Shown here piece by piece: positions 38,582-46,902 of a stretch of 64,000 nucleotides of DNA (within the stretch, counting starts at the first letter, position 1; the number at the start of each line of letters is the position of its first letter). Source of the DNA: Bradymonadia bacterium. GTDB lineage: Bacteria; Myxococcota_A; Bradymonadia; UBA7976; UBA1532. A program made the position numbers and the translations under genes. The stretch is taken from the NCBI GenBank assembly GCA_046290225.1, contig JBKAGE010000034.1:384001-448000 (forward strand). The letters run 5' to 3'. The notes under the pieces were generated by a model. That model did no database searches. It saw nothing but the letters and a program-made list of their open reading frames with translations, and had not been told where the DNA came from.

Positions 38582-39307
38582 TCAGATGCCGAGGAACAGT
38601 CGCTTGCCGAAGGTCTCTGAGAGATCAGCATCGAGGATCTTCTGGGCCGCGGCATCTACATCGTAAGGCACCCGGCGATACTCGAAGGTCCGGGTCTCCG
38701 TGTCATAGACAGCGCAACATGCCCGATTGTCGTAGTCCCGAGGCTGGCCGACGCTCCCTGCAGTGACCACGTATTTAAAGTCGGGCTGCGCGGTGAACCG
38801 GGTGTTGAGCACCTCACGGGCGCCCTGCCGATCGAAGGCGAACGATTTACAGAGGTGGGAGTGACCGATGAAGGTGACGTCGGCCATCTCATCGTACACA
38901 GGCAGCAAATCGTGCATCTGCTCCACGGAGAAGATGTACTCGAAGGCATCGGGATCCACCGGTGATCCATGGCAAAACGCCACATGCTCGATGCGATCGG
39001 TCATGGGGAGACTCGACAACCACCGCTTGTTCTCAGGTGTGAGCACCCGCGCATGCCAGTCGAGGGCCTGGCGGGCCTCTGCCCGATAATAGCTGTAGTC
39101 CATCTTGCCGCACACAGCGGCGTCGTGGTTGCCCATGACCGTCACGCTCACTCGGCGGCGGATCAGATCACAACACTCATTGGGTTGAGCGCCATAACCG
39201 ACCACATCACCCAGACATGCATAGGCGTCGACGTCAGAGAGGACGAGAAAGGCGGCCTCGAGGGCTTCGAGGTTGGCGTGCACATCAGAGATGATGCCGA
39301 TCTTCAT
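38582..39307 (-). CDS. Calcineurin-like metallophosphoesterase
   Basis: SDVHAN, GDVVGYG, GNHD, HGSP, GHSH, GSVGQPRD. Confidence 0.93.
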   Translation of the reverse strand: MKIGIISDVHANLEALEAAFLVLSDVDAYACLGDVVGYGAQPNECCDLIRRRVSVTVMGNHDAAVCGKMDYSYYRAEARQALDWHARVLTPENKRWLSSLPMTDRIEHVAFCHGSPVDPDAFEYIFSVEQMHDLLPVYDEMADVTFIGHSHLCKSFAFDRQGAREVLNTRFTAQPDFKYVVTAGSVGQPRDYDNRACCAVYDTETRTFEYRRVPYDVDAAAQKILDADLSETFGKRLFLGI

Positions 39308-39393
39308 GGGCGACCCTTCGACGCGACGTGGTTACGAACTCGTATCAGATGGCGCAGCGCCTCCAGACGTCGCGCCAGTCTGTGCTCGACGGC

Positions 39394-42300
39394 TCAGCTG
39401 CTCTCCAGCTCCAGGGCGTCGACGCTGGCCCCGGACAAATCGATGGAGGCCATGTCCTCCTCGTAGTCCGGGCCCACGCCATCGAGGCCCAGGGAGCCAA
39501 AGGCATCTGCTAGGCGCTCCCCAAAGTCGGCCGCATCACCGAAGCTCACCCGACCTGCCTGCTCCAGCGCCCGCTCGAGGCACGCAGCGATGGCGGGCGT
39601 CTCGGCCTTGTCCAGCGCCGCGGCGAGGGCGCCACGGGCCTCGGGACCGAGGAGCGCCAGGGCATGGGCCACCCGGCCACCGGGATCGCCCGCCCGACGA
39701 ACCACGCCGAGGGCGGGCTCGACGATGCGGCGTCCGATGCGAGCCACCGCCCGAGCGATGACCGGCCATTGGGCCTCGTCCACCGTGGACAACAGGGACA
39801 ACAGCTCCGAAGCCGCCCGCTCAGAGCGGATCTCCGCGAGGAACAGCGCGCTGGCGAGGCGTACGCTGCCTCTACGGGAGCGCAGGCCCGTGAGGAAGGA
39901 GGCCTCGAAGGCAGGTCCCATGGCGAGGGCCGCGGGCACAGCCTGCAAGAGCTCGCTCTGGGGCATCTTCAAGATCGAGTCGAAGAGCGTGGGCACGTAC
40001 ACCTGATCACCACGACGCATCAGGGCCATCGCCGCCTCTAGACGGTGACGCGGCTCCTCGAGGAGGCCCACGAGATCTGCAGCGGCGAGCTCGCTGAGAT
40101 CGGTGATCTCTTCCATGGGCACCGACTCGTCACCGGCCTCACTCTCGTCGAAGACCTGAGAGGCGGAGCGGGCCTTCTCCATCGACATCGCCGCCAGCTC
40201 CTCGATCTCCTCGTCCACACGGATGTCGAGCTCCTCGGCGCAGGCCAGCAGGGCCTCCCAGTTGCTCCAAAGATCGAGAGGATCGAGATCGTTGGGCTTC
40301 AGGTTGAGGTTCACCTCGGCGAAGTTCGCCAGCGAGATGCGCACCAGCGCCTCGGGATCAGCGGCGAGATCAAGGTCGAGGGCCCGCTGACGCATGTGAG
40401 GCTCCATGGCCAGGCCAAAGGCCAGCGCCGCCGTGAGCACCCGTGCGGTCATCCCCTCGAACCAGACTTCCGGGAAGGCCCGGATGCGCAGCAGATGCGT
40501 CTGACGCTGAGGCGCAGACCAGTAGGTGAGGATGCCGAGACCCAGACGTGCCTGAGAGGCGGTGATGAGATCAGCAAAGCTGTGCTGATGGAAGTTGTGC
40601 CGCAAACGGCCGAAGCGCTCGTAGGTCGGATCAGAGACCTCAGCCCGGGCTACGGCTCGATCCAGACGCCTGCCGAGGGCCGACTCCGCCTCCATGGTCA
40701 GGCTCCAGCCCTGAGCCACGTTCTGCTCGAGTGGCACAGTGAATCGGCGATGGCCCAGGACGACATCGTCATAGCCGTAGAAAACGACCTCGACGTCGAA
40801 GGTGTTGCGCAGCCGGTTGAGCACCTCGGTGTGCTCGGCGCTCTCGTGGTGCAGCACCCAGACCACGGGATCTGTCCAGTCGCCGTCGACGATGCGGCAC
40901 AGCGCAAGGCTCATCACGGGGCCCTGAGGATGCTGGTGCAGCTGGAAGATCAGGCTGGCGGGCTCCAGCTCATATTGCTCTGCCCGGCCCGACTCCATCC
41001 GGATCGCCGCCACCACGCGATCAGCCTCGGTGACCAGGTAGCGATCTTTGCCCTGGGCGACCTCTTCGAGGAAGAGGCGTCGAGGTGCTCGACGGCTGCC
41101 CGAGACCTCGTCGGCCGCCACCACATGGGTGGGCTCGTCGGTCAGGGAAGCCTCGACGTCGGAGATGCTCAGCTCCACGGAGAGCGACTCGTCCTCGCCC
41201 AGATCCACGGGCATGGGGTGACCCAGAGACGTCACCTTGATGTTGGCCTCTGTGGTGGGGCCACTGGCAGGCGAGGCGCTCTGCTCATCCTCGGGAATAC
41301 CCTCCTGAGGCGTCTCCGGCCCATCTGGCTCCGGGAGTGGAGTCACCTGGGTCTCAGCACTTCGCTCTGCAGCATCGTAGCGCAGATCCTCGCGGTCTTC
41401 GACGAGATCAGAGGGCAAGGGCTCCTCAGCCGTAGGCTCCGACGTGCCCTCGGCGCTCGAGTCAGCATTGCGGGCAGCCTGGACCTCTGCCTCCGAGATC
41501 TCCACGGCCTGATCGGCAGCGTCCTCCTCGAGTGACTCAGGCTGCTGATCGAGGGTGCTGCGCTCCACCCTGCCCTGGCGGCGGCTGTGCATGTCGGTGA
41601 TGTCGTCGTCATCATCCACAGAGGGCAAAGGCGCCATCACCGAAACCTCGACCCGCTCCGAGGCCGCAGACGCAGGCACCTCGTCGAGATCGTCGAGGTC
41701 ATCGGCTTCAGGCAACAACACATCAGAGAGTGCGGCCTGAGACTCTGGTGACACAGACGCATCTGCCTCTTCAGGCTGCGGTCCTGCCTCAGGCTCACCA
41801 TCCACTGAGGGGAATTCCAGGATCGCGGGGGCGTCGGGTACCACCTCTCCCAGGCTCTGCTCTGCAGAGTCGGGCTTCGCCACAGGCAACTCGGTCGTGG
41901 GGCCAGCCTTGGACTCTGCCGTCGGCCCCGACTTCGAACTCGCAGGCACCGCAGCGACCACCGTCGCCTCTGATGAAGCGGCAGGCTCGGGAAACATTGG
42001 GGCGGTGCGAGGTCGCGCCATCATGGGCCCAGCCTCTACGACCGCAGGGGCATCGGTCCCATCGAGCAGCGCCTGGAGGCCATCCGCACCTGCGACCAGA
42101 GCCGGACGGAGGGCATAGTCAGGCAGCGTGCCGCCTTCTGGCGCCTCGATGAGGCCATACAGTGCGATCATGAGATCGCGAGCCTCGTGGCGATCGCTCT
42201 CCGAGATCACCAGAGCCAGCACTTCATGCTCTGGATCGTGGAACACCACCGGCGCCGTGATCGAATGCGCATGCCCACAGACAGGACATTCGCAGCGGTT

Positions 42301-42489
42301 GACCGCAACAGGGCCCCCGGTGATCAGGCTCTCGGCCAGGCGCTCGTCCGTGGCGCGGTTGATGGTGGTCCACCCGCGGGCGCCGTACCAGACACCGCAC
42401 TTGGGACACCAGATATTGAAGAGCGTAGTGTGGGTCTGACCGACCTCACCCGTGAACACTCCGGCGTTGCCGGGGGCCGAGCTGGACAT
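39394..42489 (-). CDS. CpXC zinc-ribbon protein with long acidic linker and HEAT-like C-terminus
   Basis: CPKCG...CPVCG...VVFHDP. GAGGGA RBS before MSSSAP (42489). Confidence 0.75.
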   Translation of the reverse strand: MSSSAPGNAGVFTGEVGQTHTTLFNIWCPKCGVWYGARGWTTINRATDERLAESLITGGPVAVNRCECPVCGHAHSITAPVVFHDPEHEVLALVISESDRHEARDLMIALYGLIEAPEGGTLPDYALRPALVAGADGLQALLDGTDAPAVVEAGPMMARPRTAPMFPEPAASSEATVVAAVPASSKSGPTAESKAGPTTELPVAKPDSAEQSLGEVVPDAPAILEFPSVDGEPEAGPQPEEADASVSPESQAALSDVLLPEADDLDDLDEVPASAASERVEVSVMAPLPSVDDDDDITDMHSRRQGRVERSTLDQQPESLEEDAADQAVEISEAEVQAARNADSSAEGTSEPTAEEPLPSDLVEDREDLRYDAAERSAETQVTPLPEPDGPETPQEGIPEDEQSASPASGPTTEANIKVTSLGHPMPVDLGEDESLSVELSISDVEASLTDEPTHVVAADEVSGSRRAPRRLFLEEVAQGKDRYLVTEADRVVAAIRMESGRAEQYELEPASLIFQLHQHPQGPVMSLALCRIVDGDWTDPVVWVLHHESAEHTEVLNRLRNTFDVEVVFYGYDDVVLGHRRFTVPLEQNVAQGWSLTMEAESALGRRLDRAVARAEVSDPTYERFGRLRHNFHQHSFADLITASQARLGLGILTYWSAPQRQTHLLRIRAFPEVWFEGMTARVLTAALAFGLAMEPHMRQRALDLDLAADPEALVRISLANFAEVNLNLKPNDLDPLDLWSNWEALLACAEELDIRVDEEIEELAAMSMEKARSASQVFDESEAGDESVPMEEITDLSELAAADLVGLLEEPRHRLEAAMALMRRGDQVYVPTLFDSILKMPQSELLQAVPAALAMGPAFEASFLTGLRSRRGSVRLASALFLAEIRSERAASELLSLLSTVDEAQWPVIARAVARIGRRIVEPALGVVRRAGDPGGRVAHALALLGPEARGALAAALDKAETPAIAACLERALEQAGRVSFGDAADFGERLADAFGSLGLDGVGPDYEEDMASIDLSGASVDALELESS

Positions 42490-42700
42490 GTGTTCCCTCG
42501 CCAACCGTGGGCATGGATCAAGCACTCAAAGCCTGGATGAAGACCCGCACGAACCACCAGGGATCAGGCGATGTGCAAGACTCCGAGCCTTCGCGCTATA
42601 TCACGCCATCGAGGCTGGGGGCCAGAGGCGCAGGGCAATCACACGTCGATGTGCCTTGCTTCCGCTCTGTTTGGACCATGACGGAGGGTGGTGGGCAGAT

Positions 42701-43243
42701 TCAGGGCTGGGCTTTGAGGTGCTTCACCCGGGTGGTGACGTCGCTCAGGGATGCTCCCTCGACGGCGAGGGCCTCTCGGGCGTTCACCCCCACCAACTCC
42801 ACAGCGCCGAGGGGGCGCTCAAGCCAGACTTGTGCCCCTACCCGGCGGATGGAGAACTTGCCCTGAGCCATGCCGCGGGTACGCCACGCTGATTGACGGT
42901 TTGGTGTGGGGCGCTGCAGAAACAGGAGCACCTCTTCGCCCTGGGCAAAGCGGGCCATGCCGTCCACGCTCATCACGAGATCACCCACCTGACCGCCTAC
43001 GGTCTCCACGACCACCTCGGTCTCACAGGGGCCCACCAGGCAGGTGTCGATGGTGATTCGGGCCGAAGTGATGATCAGACCCTCGGACCATCGAGCCTTC
43101 ACCTCGGCCACCTGGCCGGTGATCACCCGATCTGCACCTGCGGTGAGATCTTCGAGATCCATGGCCTTGAGCGTGGCCCCTGAGGCTGCCCCACTCCAGA
43201 TCGTCAGGGCGCACACCGCACCGAGCAGACGCTTCCACATCAT
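42701..43243 (-). CDS. Secreted hypothetical protein, partner of the metalloprotease
   Basis: Signal peptide; start overlaps the protease stop (ATGA); GG.VG.....V.G..F..GEEVLLFL motif. Confidence 0.78.
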   Translation of the reverse strand: MMWKRLLGAVCALTIWSGAASGATLKAMDLEDLTAGADRVITGQVAEVKARWSEGLIITSARITIDTCLVGPCETEVVVETVGGQVGDLVMSVDGMARFAQGEEVLLFLQRPTPNRQSAWRTRGMAQGKFSIRRVGAQVWLERPLGAVELVGVNAREALAVEGASLSDVTTRVKHLKAQP

Positions 43244-44112
43244 CGTGCACCTTCCTTCCGGCGACGGGTCAGGCCCGCCAGGGCCACCAGAGCCCAGAGG
43301 CTGGCACCGGCCCCTCCGGTGGACTCGCACCCACCGGCCTGATTGGTGAACCCTTCGTCCGCTGGGGCTGCTCCAGGGCTGCTGGAACCCCCGACCCTCT
43401 GCCCTCCGGAAGCGGGCGCCTGGCCCGGCTCATCAGCCTCCGGGGGCAGAGGGGGCGCCTGGACAGGGCTCTCCTCCGCTGAATCTCCTGGGTAGAGCGT
43501 CGAGATCGCTTCTTCGTCGGTGTGATGCAGATCACGCTTCTCGAGCTCACCGGGCGAAGCGCTGGGGTACATGGTGGCCTCGGGCTCGTCCGGCGCATGG
43601 CCGAGACCGAGCAGGTGGCCCACCTCGTGGGTCAGCGCGTTTTGCAGGTCGTTCTCCGCTTCACCGCCCATGCCCCAGTTGTAATGGGCCTCGTTCACGA
43701 TGATGTCGGCGTCCACCAGCTCTCCGTTGGAGGCGCGGTACACCGACACAGTGACCGCGAGGGCCTCCGGTGCATGAACCCAGGTGTCGCGGCTCCACGT
43801 CACCAGGTTGACGTTGCTGTCGGGGCGATCGGGATCGTAGCCAATGGTCAGATTGTCGGCCCGGCCCTGGTAGTTCATCTTCAGAGAAGTGCCGTCCGCA
43901 GTGGCCCATGCATCGAAGGCGTCATGGACCGCGTCGAGGGTCTTTACATCATCGACGTCCCGAGCGAGGGCGCCATCGATGACATAGTTCACCTGACCCT
44001 CAGGCCAGCGCAGCGGGACACCTTCGTCGGTGGTCTTGAACGAATAGGCATTCGCCGTAGAGGCCAGAGCCCCCAGCGCGCTGAGGGTCGTGATGACGGT
44101 GCGCCACGACAT
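43240..44112 (-). CDS. Matrixin (M10-like) zinc metalloprotease with a MYXO-CTERM-like sorting tail
   Basis: Signal peptide; HEVGHLLGLGH and Met-turn ATMY; tail GGC...LWALVALAGLTRRRK; GGAGGAG RBS. Confidence 0.9.
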   Translation of the reverse strand: MSWRTVITTLSALGALASTANAYSFKTTDEGVPLRWPEGQVNYVIDGALARDVDDVKTLDAVHDAFDAWATADGTSLKMNYQGRADNLTIGYDPDRPDSNVNLVTWSRDTWVHAPEALAVTVSVYRASNGELVDADIIVNEAHYNWGMGGEAENDLQNALTHEVGHLLGLGHAPDEPEATMYPSASPGELEKRDLHHTDEEAISTLYPGDSAEESPVQAPPLPPEADEPGQAPASGGQRVGGSSSPGAAPADEGFTNQAGGCESTGGAGASLWALVALAGLTRRRKEGAR

Positions 44113-44148
44113 GATGTGCTCCTCCAAGTTGACTGCCAGCCCATAGGG

Positions 44149-44163
44149 GCAAGGGCTGTGCCA
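44149..44163 (-). promoter_or_regulatory. Sigma54 (-24/-12) promoter TGGCACAGCCCTTGC
   Basis: Exact TGGCAC-N5-TTGC match 36 nt upstream of the protease start. Confidence 0.8.
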
Positions 44164-44201
44164 GGAAGGAAGCAACAGAAGATACGCAATCAAACACAAA
44201 T

Positions 44202-44214
44202 TAAACCACTGATT
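44202..44214 (-). promoter_or_regulatory. IHF-binding site AATCAGTGGTTTA
   Basis: Matches WATCARNNNNTTR in an AT-rich patch just upstream of the sigma54 site. Confidence 0.6.
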
Positions 44215-44271
44215 TTAAACAAGAACACATATACCGACACAGCCCTCTTTCCCCGGGTCGAGGTTCACCCA

Positions 44272-44293
44272 TGGGTCATCAACCCCTGACCCA
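44272..44293. promoter_or_regulatory. Inverted repeat TGGGTCA-N8-TGACCCA, candidate enhancer (UAS)
   Basis: Perfect 7-bp arms about 110-130 nt upstream of the -24 element. Confidence 0.5.
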
Positions 44294-44491
44294 CCCCCAA
44301 AGGTTGCTCGGCGGTATTTCACCGGCTGGCAGAGGGGAGAGTTGCGCTCGAAATCCAATGCGAGGTTGAGTCGGAAGCCAAGGTGGGTACACTCCCCCCA
44401 AAGCGCGGCGAAGCCCTGTACTGCAGGGCTTCCAGAGGGCATGCCCTGAGGCGCGGGGAATACTTTTTTTCAACTTTCGAAAGATTTTCTG

Positions 44492-44520
44492 TTGACTGCC
44501 CCAGACCCCACACGTATAAA
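44492..44520 (+). promoter_or_regulatory. Sigma70 promoter TTGACT-N17-TATAAA with UP-like T tract and GC-rich discriminator
   Basis: Near-consensus, with the architecture of stable-RNA promoters; points toward the small ORF and the tRNA pair. Confidence 0.7.
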
Positions 44521-44881
44521 CCGCCCGTCGCTGCGCTGGAGAGCCAGCCGACGATGCCTCCCCGCTCTGGTCAGCCTCGTGTTGATGGTGGGGATTGGTG
44601 ATGCACTCGCCAATCAGCATCTCGGTGTTCCACTCCCCGGCAGCGCACGAAAGCTCTCTGAAAATCGATTCAAAACCACCCAACGTTTCTGGGAAACGGT
44701 ACGGTGGATGGAGAATCAGTTCAGGAAGAAAAAGGGTCTTCGGGTTCGATTTATCAAGACGATCGACCTGCCTGACGTTGTGTCCGTCCATGCCAAGGCG
44801 CCGAAAGGCAGCACTGCATGGGAGAGCATCAACATCAGTGACTACGGCGGTTCGGTGAAGATTTTCATCATCGAACGTTAA
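44492..44881 (+). CDS. Small exported hypothetical protein (start uncertain)
   Basis: Hydrophobic signal-like segment ending DALA, then a globular region (GVPLPG...WESINI). Fills the gap before the tRNAs. Confidence 0.65.
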   Translation: MTAPDPTRINRPSLRWRASRRCLPALVSLVLMVGIGDALANQHLGVPLPGSARKLSENRFKTTQRFWETVRWMENQFRKKKGLRVRFIKTIDLPDVVSVHAKAPKGSTAWESINISDYGGSVKIFIIER

Positions 44882-44929
44882 GGAGTGGCCACTCAGGCAG
44901 CTCAACTCGAAGATTTGCTTTCATCTTGT

Positions 44930-45003
44930 TCGGGGATCGTCTAATGGCAGGACAGCGGGTTCTGATCCCGTCAGTCTAGGTTCGAGTCCTAGTCCCCGAG
45001 CCA
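44930..45003 (+). tRNA. tRNA-Gln (anticodon CTG)
   Basis: Acceptor stem TCGGGGA/TCCCCGA; anticodon arm GCGGG-TTCTGAT-CCCGT; GGTTCGAGTCC T-arm; encoded CCA. Confidence 0.97.
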
Positions 45004-45007
45004 TTTT

Positions 45008-45079
45008 GGCCCGTTCGTCTAGCGGTTAGGACGCCGGCCTCTCACGCCGGTAACAGGGGTTCAAATCCCCTACGGGTCA
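45008..45079 (+). tRNA. tRNA-Glu (anticodon CTC), CCA not encoded
   Basis: Acceptor stem GGCCCGT/ACGGGTC; anticodon arm CCGGC-CTCTCAC-GCCGG; GGTTCAAATCC T-arm. Confidence 0.97.
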
Positions 45080-45099
45080 CTCCCTTTCGAGGGTATTTC

Positions 45100-45134
45100 G
45101 CCCCGAGTTGCTTTATGCAGCTCGGGGCTTTTTT
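45100..45134 (+). terminator. Rho-independent terminator of the tRNA operon
   Basis: GCCCCGAGTTGC-TTTAT-GCAGCTCGGGGC followed by T6. Confidence 0.9.
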
Positions 45135-45161
45135 ATTCCGTGCACATTTTTATCCGTGCAC

Positions 45162-45186
45162 AAAAAAAGCGACCCAGGGGGTCGCT
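45162..45186 (-). terminator. Rho-independent terminator downstream of ribA
   Basis: GCGACC...GGTCGC stem preceded by an A7 run on the + strand. Confidence 0.8.
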
Positions 45187-45221
45187 CTTCACCATTTGAG
45201 CAGGTGCGCGCCAGGCTGTCC

Positions 45222-45893
45222 TCAGCCTGCGTCAGACTCGATCTTGTCTTCGCCTGACTCGAGACCAAGCTCATCCGACTGGTACATGTGACGCATGCGA
45301 GCCCGCTTGGTCTCCATGTAGCCGTGATTGACGGGATTGATGCCGGTGATGAGGGGGACCCGGCCAGAGACGGTCACCCCAAGCGATTCGAGCCCCTCGA
45401 TCTTGAGCGGGTTGTTGGTCACCAGCTTCACACTCTTCACGCCAAGGGCTGCGAGCATGTCAGCGGCTGCGTCATAGCGACGCAGGTCTTCGTCAAAGCC
45501 CAACATCAAGTTTGCATCGACTGTGTCGGCCCCAGCCTCCTGAAGGTGGTAGGCCCGGATCTTGTTCCCAAGGCCAATCCCCCGCCCCTCCTGTCGCATG
45601 TACAACACGACACCGCGGCCTTCCTTCTGAATGAGGGCCATCGCCGCCATGAGCTGGGCATTGCAGTCGCACTTCAGGGATCCGAGGACCTCGCTGGTGA
45701 GGCACTCGGAATGTACGCGGGCCACGACATCTTCAGCACCACACAGATCACCCACGGAGATGGCGAGGTGCTCTTTGTCACCCTCCTTGAACACCCGAAC
45801 ATCGAACTCGCCGTGCTCGGTGGGCAAGCGGGTGTGGGCGTAGAATGGGGCGTGCTCGTTGTCCAATTCAGGCATCAGAACAGGCTTTTTCAC
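45222..45893 (-). CDS. ribA: GTP cyclohydrolase II
   Basis: RVHSECLT, KCDC, QEGRGIGL.NK, TNNPLK. Confidence 0.96.
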   Translation of the reverse strand: MKKPVLMPELDNEHAPFYAHTRLPTEHGEFDVRVFKEGDKEHLAISVGDLCGAEDVVARVHSECLTSEVLGSLKCDCNAQLMAAMALIQKEGRGVVLYMRQEGRGIGLGNKIRAYHLQEAGADTVDANLMLGFDEDLRRYDAAADMLAALGVKSVKLVTNNPLKIEGLESLGVTVSGRVPLITGINPVNHGYMETKRARMRHMYQSDELGLESGEDKIESDAG

Positions 45894-46176
45894 GTAATGG
45901 CCTTTCTCGACCAGTGGCCACGAAGCGCTAGAGGCTACAGGCCCATGGTATGGGATTCAATCCCCCTCATATGCAGCCTCTGCATTGAGTCAGAGGTCAC
46001 CGGATGACATCCCATGGGAATCAACGCATGTCGGGAGACGTCTCGGTACAGAGATGCACGTGAGCCGGACTGGTCACCGATCTGTTGTAAGAGGTTGGCT
46101 ACATGTCGTGGGCTTGCTGACCGATGAGTTCAGAATATAAGGCGTTTTCTGGACTTCGCCCCAGGTGAAACACACA

Positions 46177-46902
46177 ATGCCCCACATGCTGAAGACCGCA
46201 CCATCGCTGCTCGTCGCCCTCAGCGCTCTGCTGATGGTGGGCTGTGGTGCGCTTCAGCGACCCTCACGGCTGCGCCCACCGCCTCATCCACTCTTGGAAG
46301 CGGTGCCTTTTCCCGAGACTGGGCGACCTCGAATCCGGCCCCGTCGCAACCGCCCCAAGCCCACTCCTCCGGCAAAGGTCGTGGCAGCAAAGCCCCAGAA
46401 GAAGCCTCAGAAAAAGCCCGCTTCGAGGCCGCCAGCGTCTCGACCTCAGCCGAAAGCTCCGGCCGCTCGGTCTCCCGTGAAGATGGCTCGAATTCTCGCC
46501 CTGGAAGGTCGCCGCGAGATCGATGGTGCTCCGGCGAACGACAGCCGTCTGCTCAAGGCGGCATTCGATCTGGAGGCGAGACCCCGCGTCACGGGTGTCG
46601 GGCGACCGCTCGACGGCACAGAGCCCCCAAAGCCGGGAGATGTGGTGCTCTTCGCCGGAGAAGGATACGGGCCTCGGGCTGGTGTAGTGGTGAAAGTGGG
46701 CCGGGACGGACTGCTCGAGGCCCTGCTGGTGACCCGAGGCGCGGTCCGTCGCGTGGTGGCTGATCAAAGCCGACCGCACACGCGACGGGTGGGCGATCGC
46801 ATCCGCAACTCGTTCATCCGGCCACTGCGTCGTGGCGAGCGCCATGACAACCGAGTACTCGCCGGTCAGCTACTCGCCGGGTTCCGGCGCCTCGGCGATT
46901 GA
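46177..46902 (+). CDS. Basic lipoprotein with a degenerate CHAP/NlpC-like domain
   Basis: Lipobox MVGC; Pro/Lys linker; PKPGDVVLF...GVV..V..DG. No Cys other than the lipobox Cys. Confidence 0.6.
   Translation: MPHMLKTAPSLLVALSALLMVGCGALQRPSRLRPPPHPLLEAVPFPETGRPRIRPRRNRPKPTPPAKVVAAKPQKKPQKKPASRPPASRPQPKAPAARSPVKMARILALEGRREIDGAPANDSRLLKAAFDLEARPRVTGVGRPLDGTEPPKPGDVVLFAGEGYGPRAGVVVKVGRDGLLEALLVTRGAVRRVVADQSRPHTRRVGDRIRNSFIRPLRRGERHDNRVLAGQLLAGFRRLGD

Noticed and set aside
34876..39307. Active anti-phage restriction system (Mrr + propeller + phosphoesterase)
   Set aside because: The Mrr catalytic residues appear lost, the genes are not co-oriented, and there is no methylase or mobility context.
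44930..45220. tRNA-anchored genomic island
   Set aside because: No integrase, and no duplicated tRNA 3' end noticed; housekeeping ribA follows directly.
45894..46164. Possible FMN riboswitch upstream of ribA
   Set aside because: None of the conserved RFN sequence blocks is visible on the minus strand.
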